A DNA stretch of 64,000 nt from Harriotta raleighana (Eukaryota): contig JBNZDD010013589.1 of assembly GCA_050575255.1 (NCBI GenBank), forward strand, positions 1,268,374 to 1,332,373, written 5' to 3'. The position numbers were made by a program, and so were the translations under genes. Under the pieces are notes generated by a model. That model saw nothing but the letters and a program-made list of their open reading frames with translations, did no database searches and had not been told where the DNA came from. Of this stretch, positions 10,531 through 21,446 are shown one piece after another. Numbering within the stretch: position 1 is the first letter of the stretch; every line of letters starts with the position of its first letter.

Positions 10531-13364
10531 AATATCGACAGCTACAGACTCAAACCGACCCTGCTGTAAAAGTCTAGAGTTTGCTTCCCGTCCTTTCACA
10601 CTTTAAAATATAGTCTTAATTTGTTCAAAGTGTAAATGTCAATTTGTGCTCTAGTGCAAGTGGTTCGGTTTGGTTTGAAATGTTGTTTGATTGAGTGCTA
10701 TGAAGCAAATCCAGGCCTGTGCATTTTTTTCAGTAGAAAATTGGAAGAGTCAATCTCCGTCAGCAGTCTTTGTCCAGTCTTTGGCAAAACTGTCTGGTGG
10801 GAAATTACTTTGTAATCTCACTTTTTTTAAAAAAAAAAGGAAATATACAACGATCCATCCATCGCGGAAATGTGTAATACATTTGATTTCAGATATGAAA
10901 TTGCTATTGGTGAGCACAGCAGGATTTTTTTTTAAAAAAAGAAAAGGTTTAAATTAAGTTTCAACAACAAAAAGAGTATTTGCATAAATCTTGCTGATTT
11001 AGCAGGGCGTTGAGGGTACAAACTTTCTATAATGAAAGTATTTGGAATAATATTTCACAGTGGTGAGGTTTTATTGTGTTTGTCAGTATTGGTTCGAGGC
11101 AGCTGGACTGTTTGCTTTTATTTTATTGATGGAGAGAGAGGTGGGGGGTGAGAGCAGAGAGAAAGCAAGAGCTCCCCATGCTCTTAGCTTTTACTAACTG
11201 TCCCCAGGCCTCTGAGCTCTCAGTTGCTTGGAATTGTATGTTGCTGAATGCTGCGGGTGGAATGACAACAAAGATTTTTTTTTAAAAAAGNGGCAGCTGG
11301 ACTGTTTGCTTTTATTTTATTGATGGAGAGAGAGGTGGGGGATGAGAGCAGAGAGAAAGCAAGAGCTCCCCATGCTCTTAGCTTTTACTAACTGTCCCCA
11401 GGCCTCTGAGCTCTCAGTTGCTTGGAATTGTATGATGCTGAATGCTGCGGGTGGAATGACAACAAAGATTTAAAAAATATATATATTGCCCTCTATGGTT
11501 TTACTTTAACAGAAAAGCTGAAAGGGGCTGAGATTGACAATTCTCTCCAGGAGGAAATGTGGGGGCTGTGGAATTCCTGGCTATAAAGGTGAAACTGTGC
11601 TGACCTTTTAGGCCTGGGGGGCACACTATAGTTGAAACGCTGGTATCCGGGCCGCAATTGAAATCCTTTATTATTATTATTATTATTATCATCGATCGGT
11701 CGATGTGGGCAGACCTTTTGCTTATTGAAACCTGTAATAATGGCCTTGGCTTCAGTTGTGCAACACAATTACTTTTCCCTGCAGTGGGGGAATGTTTCTA
11801 TTTTAGCACAGGGTAGAAACTCTGCTTGTTTAGAGTTGGTGGTAGCTTGACTCATTTGGTGGCATTCTCGCCTATGGGTGAATCAGAAAGCTTATGGGTC
11901 AGAAAGTTTTTTCCAAAAACTCTGGAGCATTCTTCCACCATCCCTCTGCCTTGCCCCATCATTCCCCATCCTCAGGTCCTTCCTATTCAACTGGGCTTAC
12001 GGGGAAAGATTACTGTAAGTGCAGTCAAAGAAGAAGGTTTTGGCTTCGTTCTCCGTCACTGTCGAACACTCTGGGACGATGCCCAGTCTGAGGGGCGCTA
12101 TGTAATTGCAATTTGTTTAATCTTGAGACAGACCTTGTAAAGTGAGGGAAGGGAGCAAGTCTGAGGTGCTCCAGAATGTAGAAGCACATTTGCCTGTGGT
12201 AGTCGCTTACAAAATTGTGACATTTCTAATCTGCGTAGACTTATGAAAGCCTCCAGTCCTGTGGGAGGATACACTTAAGTACAGCAGTGAACGAGCACTG
12301 CATTATGTAGTTCAACCCTTTTTTGGTTTTTAATCACCTAATCGTGTAGAAAAATGTGCTATAGAAACTCATTATTATGATTGTACAAGAACAGATTAAA
12401 CAAATCAGCAGAGTGATTTTTCCTTATGGCTGATAATTTATCCACGGCGAGTGAGCATTGTTGCATTAGTTCCACATCACAAGGAAAGGAAAAGACTCTT
12501 TACACTTTAAGACATTTTGCAATTAACTTACCCGCTGTTGTTTGGGGGCTCTTTTAATGTTTTTATGAAATCCCAAACTTTACATATCCTTCTGAATACT
12601 TAAATTTGGTGGAATTTTATTACAGAGGAAGGCCTCTGGATTATCACTAACCATAGCGTAAAGCTTTGTAGGCAGTATAATAACACATAAGGCTGTGTTT
12701 GCCTCAGATTTCAATTTGACCCAAGTCAACTCATTCATTTTCATAACTTTGCGTATTGACAAATGCTTAAATTTACTAGATTTTTGTTCATGTAAAATAA
12801 TAAATTGAACTTCATGGGCTACAAATCATGAAGGAGACTTGTGGTTGTGTTTTTTTTTGTGTGTCTGCCTGGATGTGCTGTGGTATAAATGAGAATTTGT
12901 GTCCAGTTGTTCCTTAAATGGCTGATCTAAGAAATATGGTCGTAAGAACAGGAGGCAGAGCGTAATCATTTCTGAGAGGAAAAGTCAATAGAAGTGAGCT
13001 ACTCAAATATAGCCTGAGAGCACGAAACCACAAAATACCATTTGATCAATCAAGGCCATTTCTCCCGCAGCTTAATTGCTTCAATTTATTAGATTTTTGT
13101 TCACGAGAAATGAGAAATGATATATTGAATTTCATGGGTGACAAATCATTAAAGAGACTTGGGGTTGAGCACAGAACCTACTCTTATCATGCGCTAACCC
13201 AACCCAGGTCCATCTATCTCCTGATGAAAAGTTCAATTTCATGACTGATCCCGAGCGACAAACTCTTTTTCACCCTCACCTTCTGCAACATTCCATCGGT
13301 CCCCTCTTGTAGATAAATATGTACATTTCACCCACAAAATATGCAGTCAGACCACTTTATAGTA

Positions 13365-14424
13365 CAGTGATCCGTCGAATGGTCGGATCCGACCCGAAAG
13401 CCCAACACAAAAAAAACTTATTTTAACACATCATATTAATAATAGACTAAATAATAAAGGAATATTGTATGGGTACTGTATTGTAAATATTATACACTAT
13501 GCCATACAAATAATAGATGAAATAAAATAATAACAGATACTGTAATAACAAAATATTGTATTGGTGCTTTATTGTAAATGTTGCACACTGTACCATATAA
13601 ATAATAGACTAAATACAATAATAACAGATACTGTAATAACAGAATATTGTATTAGTACTTTATTATTTATACTTAACGTCTTCTATAGCAGACATCATGC
13701 GAGGGTAAAAAAACGGCAGCACGACTTTAAGGCTCTACTCGCGGCAAGCCGAAATACCTGTAGAGATCTACCCCTCTAAATGAAAGGGTTAGGAATTTTA
13801 AAATCCTTCGTTATGCAAAAATTTGTCAAGAGGTAGTTTTCCATTATTTCTTATGGGAAAAAAATCAGTTTGGTTCCTAGCACTAACATTTTCGGTGTAA
13901 TAGCGAAGGCCTAAGGTAGATATAACTGCTATTGAAGGCTTCACATCTTTAAATACAACAATGAAATATTAAAATGTTAGTAAATACAACAATAAAATAT
14001 AGACAGTCCTCGACTTACTATTATTGAAGAGTTTTTCATCATTGAGAAGGGCCAATAACAGTGTCACTGCTTCGTTAACTGAGGCACGCTAAAGACTGAG
14101 CGTGTGTTGCGGGGCCGTCGGGAGAAACGCTACCCATGAGAAGCTGCCTACGAGAAGCCTGCCAGATTTAAAGTGTGTGTAAACATTCATTTTAGCAGAG
14201 AAGTGGTACAAATAGAAACCTTCGTTATAGTGAAAATTTGTTGACTGAACGTTCGTTAAGCGGGGAACACCTGTACAGTACTCTCGTACGACAATCGATT
14301 CATTAAATGCGTCATCGCTATTTTGCCGGATAACATCTGGTTAATCGGATGGGGGCTTTTTTTTGACGTACCGGTTATATGGAAGTTCTTGTTCATTGAA
14401 TCACGGATAAACGGGCTTTTACTG
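13365..14424. mobile_element. MITE family A copy carrying a nested element
   Basis: Right TIR cggataaacgggcttttactg followed by TA; internal AT-rich repeats match the 16417 and 58671 copies; left TIR mostly deleted. Confidence 0.8.
13763..14273. mobile_element. Tigger/pogo-like MITE nested at a TA in MITE A
   Basis: Host reads acctgTA[insert]TAcagtact, while the uninterrupted copy at ~16885 reads atctgcacagtact. Imperfect TIRs gagatctacccctctaaatgaa / ttcgttaagcggggaacacctg. Confidence 0.75.
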
Positions 14425-15232
14425 TATATCCTATGAAACACTTTGAGACATCTCAATATCTCATAGACATCTCAATAAAGGTGCCATATCAAATGCAAGT
14501 ATTTTTTATTTATTATCTTAAACCAGGTACTGAGAAAGCAACTCGCCAACCATACTTTAAAGCTCTTGTCTGGTGTAGCTTTCAGGTATCTTGTTTATCC
14601 ATTGTTTGCTGTTTTCAGAAGTTGGCTGTATTCCTGAGCAAGGTCAATATTNGTTGGCTGTATTCCTGAGCAGGGTCAATATTATAGCGGCCATGAACTC
14701 ACTTAGTTTGAACTGGATAAGCTCCCGGGTATATGCCTATGGCTCCACTTAAGGGTGATTGAGAGCTAATAAATACAGTGTTCAGCAGGGATAGACCCAT
14801 GCTCAATGATGAAGCGAACAGTGTCTCAGCGGATTCATCGCATCTATCCATCCATCTCTGAATTGGAGCCTGGATCGATCGAACATGGACAAATAATAAA
14901 AGGCTCAATTCTGTCTGCAATAAGGAGAGTGTGTCCCTCCCAAAGGGAAGCCAAAAATAACAAAGAAGTGGCTTCTGTTCATCTTTTCTTTGCTGCTGCT
15001 GCATAACCATCTTTTTAAATAAAAAGTCAGTCTAGACCAAGATCCAACCGTTTCACTTTCCACCACCCTGAAATGTCATGGCGCAATTATATTAAAGCTC
15101 TCTGAGATGCTGTCCGGCGTGGAGGGTGCTATATAAATTTAAGTTGTTGTTGTTGTAGCTGAGTGCAGGACATTGCCAGTCACATTCAGCCACACTGAAG
15201 GAGGAGCACAGCAGTAAATTCTGCTCGTCTTT

Positions 15233-15560
15233 CAGTGTAGCTCAGTGCTTAGAGCACGTCGGTCAGATTCCCAGACAGGGTGAAAAGTTGGGTAAATTTC
15301 CTTCATCCACACGCCATTGTTTACCTAGCAGTGAGTAGGAGCTTGGTTGTTAGTTAATTGGTGGATTGCTTTTCCGGGGATAATTTTTTTTTTTAAAAGG
15401 ATTTGGTCACTCAATCCACTACTGTTTGTGGAACATTGCTGTGTGCAAATGGCTGCCGCATTTCATCCATAAAATATACAGTCCATTCACTTTACAGTGT
15501 ATTTTGTGAAGCACTTTGAGATGTCTCGAAGATGTGATAAGAAGCTATGTCAATGGTAAA
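15233..15560 (+). mobile_element. Deu-domain SINE, long form
   Basis: tgtagctcagtgcttagagcac...tgtttacctagcagtgagtaggagc...gctgtgtgcaaatggctgccgc. Confidence 0.88.
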
Positions 15561-15984
15561 GTCATTCCCTTGTGATTAGTTCCAATCACTAAAGCCACTG
15601 TGAACCTTGAACTAAGCCCACAGCACAGGCCTAGAAATTGCAAGATCAATTTCTTTGCTTGCTTGTACTGAGTTAGTTGCTATTGGGCTCTGTAGCAGAT
15701 GGGGTGGTATGATGTAGGTTGAAGAAGAAGAAGGGGCATTTTTTTCCATCTAATTAAGCCAGTAAAGCGTGCTGTGTAAAAACAACAATGACTTGCATTT
15801 ATGTAGTGCCCTTCCATGTCGTGTCGGAGCAGTGACATTTAGTTTCTAACATAGCAGGTTAGACTCCAGGAATCACCCCAAAACACACTTTGGGGGCCTT
15901 GGCCGTGACTCTTAGTGCCTGTTAGTTTCCAGAACTAGGTCAGTGGGATGTGTCTCCAGAGAGTGTATTCTATTTCAGTAATAT

Positions 15985-16138
15985 CATAGAATTTTTCAGC
16001 ACAAAAGGAGGCCATTTAGCCCATCAAGTCTGTGCCGCCCTCTTGAAAAAAGCTATTCGAAGTCAATCCCCGGCTCTCTCTCCCCATAACCCAACAAATC
16101 CGTCCTCCCCAATATATCTTTGGGATTTCCTTGTGAAG
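15985..16138 (-). mobile_element. CR1 LINE 3' end fragment
   Basis: tcatagaatttttcagcacaaaaggaggccatttagcccatc is the reverse complement of a CR1 3' terminus. Confidence 0.75.
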
Positions 16139-16416
16139 GTGGGAGGCATGGAAATTTCAGTTAGGTTTGGAGACGTGATTGATTTCTGCATATGTCAGGC
16201 GCCCAACTGACCAAAAATAGATTGTAATATTTAACATTTTTATTCTCATTTAATGCTAGATATGTTCTTATTTCCTTATTTGGTATTTCAATGTGGTTGG
16301 GTTTCACCAAGCAAGCTGGGAGCAGCCTACAACTAATCAGACTTGGGTGGAAGACTCTTAGATTAGAATCTTAATATGTTGATAATTACTTTTGTAACTT
16401 TACAATTGTCAAAATA

Positions 16417-17038
16417 CAGTAAAAGCCTGTTTATCCGGCACCCATGGGACCTGGCCAGTGGCGGTTAAACGGCTTTCTAGTTGAACATTTTTTTTAAAAT
16501 TTAAATTTAAAATTATTTTAACACATACCATATTAATAATAGACTAAATAATAACAGATAATAACAATATTGTAAGGGTATTTTATTGTACATGTTGTAT
16601 ACTGTACCATATAAACAATAGAGTAATTACAGTAATAACAGATAATGTAATAACAGAATATTTTATGATTACTTTATAGGAAATATTGAACAAAACTATA
16701 TAAATAATAGACTAAAAACACTAAGAATAGATACTATAATAACAGAATATTGTATTAGTACTTTATTATTTACACTTAACTTCTGCAATGGCCGCCACAA
16801 GAGGAAAACAAAATGGTAGTAGCCCGACTTTTTAAAAAAACGGCAGTAGCGTGAATTTAGGCTCGACCAGCGGCCAGTCGATATATCTGCACAGTACTCG
16901 TGTGCGACAATCGATTCATTAAATGCGTCATCACTATTCTGCCGGATAACTTTGATTTATCGAACCTGAACTTTTTTTTAGGTACCGGTTCAATGGGTTT
17001 TCCAGTTCATCAAGTCACGGATAAATGGGCTTTTACTG
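16417..17038. mobile_element. MITE family A, long form (Tc1/mariner-pogo type)
   Basis: TA|cagtaaaagcctgtttatccg ... cggataaatgggcttttactg|TA; TA target duplication, no ORF. Confidence 0.92.
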
Positions 17039-17279
17039 TAGTAGAATGTGCTTCAGCAATAGCTTTTTTGAGCCTTACTTGGAATGTTCATTAATTTAAT
17101 ATCTGCAGAATATTAGCCCAGGGAATCTTAAGTGGACTCTTATCTTTGTCAAACTACAAATCCTATTTCATAACAGGCTTTATTTTATATATTGCTTCTC
17201 ACCAGTACTGACCACTGCAAGTCATTTGAAAATACCTTCCACAGTACATTACCTCACATTATCCTGTTTTTCCAATTGC

Positions 17280-17455
17280 GCCCACAACCACGACTGTTTG
17301 GGGAACAGTGCTGTGAGAAATTGGCTGTTGCTTTTCGTCCACAAATATACAGTCAGTTCATTTACAGTATATATTCTGTGAAGTGCTTTGAGATGTCTGG
17401 AAGACGTGAAAAGTGCTAAGTCAAAATGCAAGGAATATTATTTATTATTATTATA
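17280..17455 (+). mobile_element. Deu-domain SINE, 3' half
   Basis: ccacgactgtttggggaacagtgctgtgagaaattggctg...aaatgcaagg followed by (ATT)n. Confidence 0.85.
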
Positions 17456-17736
17456 AACCTTGTTCACAACACCTTGTGTACTGTTTAAGCAGTCGCATAT
17501 TTAGCTAGAAAATATATAACGACAATCCCATCCCCCTTATACAGATGACCGCTTGAATTCTTACGTTGATGACTTCTGAAGGCTTAGGAGAGCTTGTGTA
17601 ATATTTGGATAAGTGTGCCTTCGTCCATGCCTGCACACGCACATTTTATTTGTTTATTGAATATCTCGCCAGAGCGGTACAGTAACTAGAGATGGGAGTG
17701 CAAGGTTTTTGCATATAAATCAGAAAACCAACTCAT

Positions 17737-18134
17737 TAATGACAGGCAGTGATTTACCATGATCGCTTGATATTTAATCATCTTCTGCGATTACCTTTCA
17801 GCCACGAGTGTGTCCCTTCCAGTATATTTGCTCTTCTCCCTTCCCTCTTCCTTTCACTATTTGAAGGCATATGGTGCGTTTAAAAAATGAAATCATCCGT
17901 ACTATGCAGTGCAGAGGCCCATGTGTTCTTCATTATTGATTTGCCTTGCTAATTGGTTGAAAGCCTTGAAGTGGAAAACTTGAGCCCCATCAATTCTGTC
18001 CATATTGACAGCATTGCTGGATCATTTTTTTGAAAAAGTTTTCTTTTTCTCTGAAGAGTACTCTCTATCGCTATGGATGTGTGTGTGGGTGTATTAAATA
18101 GAGAGCCACCATGGTAAATCACTGCCTGTCATTA
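17737..18134. repeat. 42-bp inverted repeat (25 bp perfect) with a 314-bp spacer
   Basis: taatgacaggcagtgatttaccatg (17737-17761) is the exact reverse complement of catggtaaatcactgcctgtcatta (18110-18134); pairing extends to tatttaat / attaaata. Confidence 0.95.
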
Positions 18135-18364
18135 GTATGTATGTATTTAGGTACACATGTGAGTATGTATGCTAATTTATATGTGTGTGTTTGTTTTATT
18201 TCAGAATGAGTCTTTTTAATGAGTTTACTGGCGCGTACAGATTTCACACTCTTCTGTTTTGGGAGAATTTAGACTGAAATCCCCTTTCCCATGTGTGCAA
18301 TCATACCTGTTATAGAAAGATGGCTTGGAAACTGTCACTTAAAAGATGATTAGACCCAGGCAAA

Positions 18365-20135
18365 TATTTACTGTAATCTACACTCTCATGATAGATAATG
18401 TTCCCGCTGTGAGGAGATGCTGAATTTCCTCGCGACCAAAATCGAGGGAATCCACTCTGCGGTCACTATCCCAACTTCCACCCCATCCCCACCGCCCCCT
18501 CCACACCCCATCTCCTGCCCATCCCTTCTTTCACACCTTCAATCCTATCTCCCTATCCTCCGTCATTAAGACTATCTCCACCATGAAACTCACTACCTGC
18601 TCCCTAGATCCCATCCCCACTCCTCTCCTTACCACCCAGTTTCACCTTCTAGCCCCTCTAATCACTGACACCATCAACCTGTTCCTCTCATCCGGCAGTG
18701 TTCCCACTCCCGTTAAAACCAGCACCATCAGCTCCATCCTAAAAAAGTCTTCCCTAGATGCGTCGCAGCTATCAAGCTACTCCAACCTTCCCTTCCTTTC
18801 CAAGTTCCTCGAAAGTGGTTGCCTCCCAGCTCCACTCTTTCTTCACAAAAAATTCATTCCTCGAACCCCTCCAATCGGGTTTCCGTGCATCCCATAATTC
18901 GGAAACTGCCCCAGTTAAGGTCACAAATGACATCCTGACCATCTGCGACTAGGCTTCCTCTGCCTCCTCGTCCTCCTTGACCTATCTGCCACCTTCGATA
19001 CCGTGGACCACACAATCCTCCTTCACCGCCTCTCCTCCCTCCTCAACCTCCAAGTCTCTGTCCTTGACTGGTTCCGGTTGTACCTCTCCCACCACCTTCA
19101 CCACCTTCGTCTCCTCAAACGGTTTTTCCTCCAGCCCCTGCACAGTCACATGCGGCGTTCCCAGGGCTCTGTCCTTGGCCCCCTGCTCTTTACCCTGTAC
19201 ACTCTCCCCCTGGGCAATATCATTTGCAGACATGGGGTAAATTTCCACATGTATGCAGATGACACCCAACTCTACCTCTCCGTGTCCACCCTCAACTCCA
19301 AGTCTGCTAGCGTTCTGACTACATGTCCGTCCGACATCGAGTCCTTGACGAGGGCAAACTTCCTACAGCTCAACGTCAGCAAGATGGAAGACCTCCTGAT
19401 TGGCTCAAGCCAGCGCTTCCGCACCTCAGGCGCTGACAACATCCAAGGCTGTTCACTCCACCTCTCAAAGCCAATCAGGAATCGTGGCGTCTTGTTCGAT
19501 CCCGAACTATCCTTCCTCCACCACATCCGCTCGATGACCGGCACAGCCTTCCACCACCTCCGCAATATTGCCGGACTCCGCCATGCCTCCGAAACCCTCA
19601 TTCACGCCTTTATCACTTCCAGGCTCGACTACAGGAACTCCTTGTCGGCCTACCCAACTCCTCCCTTCACAGGCTGCAGATCATTCAGAATTCTGCAGCC
19701 TGTGTACTTTCCAGGCTTCGTGACCACATCACTCCCAACTTGCCCGTCTCCACTGGCTCCCCATCCCCCAGAGGATCGACTTCAAGATCCTTGTCCTCAC
19801 TTTCAAGGCCATTCACGGCCTTGCCCCCGCCTATCTCTCTGACCTGCTGTCTTTCTATCAGCCTGCCCGCACCCTCCATTCAGCAGACTCAGACCTGCTC
19901 CGCGTCCACCGCCCTAACCGCCTAACCATCAGTGGCTGGGCTTTCAGCCTCTCTGCCCCCACACTTTGGAACTCCATCCCTTTCCTCCTTAAAGGCTGGT
20001 CTTCGGCTTCCCTCTCTCCCACTCTCCTTCTTCCTCCCTCTCTCCTTCTTCCTCCCTCTCTCCCCCCCGCCCCTGCATGGGTCCCGACCTGACTATTCAG
20101 CGCTTTGGGACGAGTGTAATTTTGTTGTTGTTGTT
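18365..20135 (+). mobile_element. L2 LINE, 5'-truncated
   Basis: TTCSLDPIPT, LEPLQSGFRASHNSETA, QGSVLGPLLFTLYTLPLG, FHMYADDTQLYL, ETLIHAFITSRLDY; (TTG)n tail. Confidence 0.93.
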
Positions 20136-20586
20136 CTACAGTATGAATGAATAAAAACAACAGTTACAACGACAGCAACAAAATTAATTTGTACAGCGCC
20201 TTTCACATAAGGAGGACGTCCCAAGAAGCTGTATAACTTGCATTTATATAGTGCTTCTCACATAGGATAACACTATAGAGCACTTCACACAGATAGTGTC
20301 TACTCTGAGGGAAGATAATGATCCTAAATAATCCTTGCATTTGATATAGCGCCCTTTCATGTCATTGAGATGTCTCAAAGTGCTTCACATGGTATAGTAT
20401 AAAGTGGATTGTCTATATTTTGAAGGGGGAGGAGATATAGGTAACTGCAATCACGGTCAAAATGTAATTTTTTTAATTAAAAAATTAGTCAAGCTATTTT
20501 TAAATTATATGATAAAAATCACATAATATGCAACAGAAATAAGTCATTCAGTCCATCAAATCTTTGCTGGGGCTGGCTTGTTCCCT

Positions 20587-20881
20587 GGAGTCCTGTAGCT
20601 CAGTGGTTAGAGCACTCACCTTACAAGCAAGAGATCTGGATGCAATTACAGGTAGGGCAAAATCTTGGGCAAATTTCCTTACTCCACACGCCTAATAACA
20701 ATCCCTCCAAAAAACAATAAAAATTGGTCATGTCAATCCACATCTGTTTGTGGGACACCGCTGTGCTCAATTGGATGCTGTGTTTCGCCCCCATATATAC
20801 ACTTTACAATATATTCTGTGAACTGCTTTGAGACATCTAGAAGACATGAAAAGCTCTGTGTCAAATGCAAGGATTATTATT
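20587..20881 (+). mobile_element. Deu-domain SINE, short form, inserted in a minus-strand CR1 tail
   Basis: ggagtcctgtagctcagtggttagagcactcaccttacaag...aaatgcaaggattattatt; CR1-like flanks at 20520-20586 and 20882-21030. Confidence 0.9.
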
Positions 20882-21059
20882 GTCTGTCCTAATCCCTGTC
20901 CATCTTCTTTCCATTCAGCCTTTCAATATCCTTTTTCATCAGACGCTTTACAAAGTCTCTTTAAAATGTCGCTGTTAGTGGCTTTCATCACAGGTGGTGA
21001 AGCATTCCCTGTTCCAGTGGAGGGGTGGGGGGGCGAATCTCTTCCACCCTCCCTGTTAA

Positions 21060-21446
21060 CCTTTGCAGTGAATATGGGAGCTAGTATGTGTGCCACTTGC
21101 TCTTCAGCAATGCAATGCAGAGGCGTTTTTAACATTGATGCAATCAGTACAACGCACCGACGAGCCCCTCCTATTGCAGGCCACCAGAGTAAGGCAAAAC
21201 ATCATCGAAATGGGAGGATTTGCGTGTGCTGTGCTCTTATCTATGTTACATACCTGTATAGCGAAAACCAGAGCTCTCCCCAGCCCGGCAGAGCAGGCGG
21301 TCTGCCTAAAGAGTCATCGCACCCACTGAAAGTTAATTTTTAAAAATTGCGCATGTGCGTGCAATTATTAACACACTCATGCACACTTATTAAACATGAC
21401 GTCAGTGATGGGCCCGCTAGGAAAATGCATCGAGTAGTGTGAAGGT
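21060..21446. mobile_element. Possible piggyBac-type non-autonomous element
   Basis: TTAA on both sides (21056-21059, 21447-21450); weak TIRs cctttgcagtg / tagtgtgaagg; relatively CpG-rich interior. Confidence 0.4.

Noticed and set aside
14621-14683. 31-bp tandem duplication
   Set aside because: Centred on N14652; probable assembly overlap.
19003-19842. Longest ORF (279 aa) as a functional reverse transcriptase or retron-like gene
   Set aside because: Frameshifted, 5'-truncated L2 ORF2 fragment with no intact endonuclease-RT frame.
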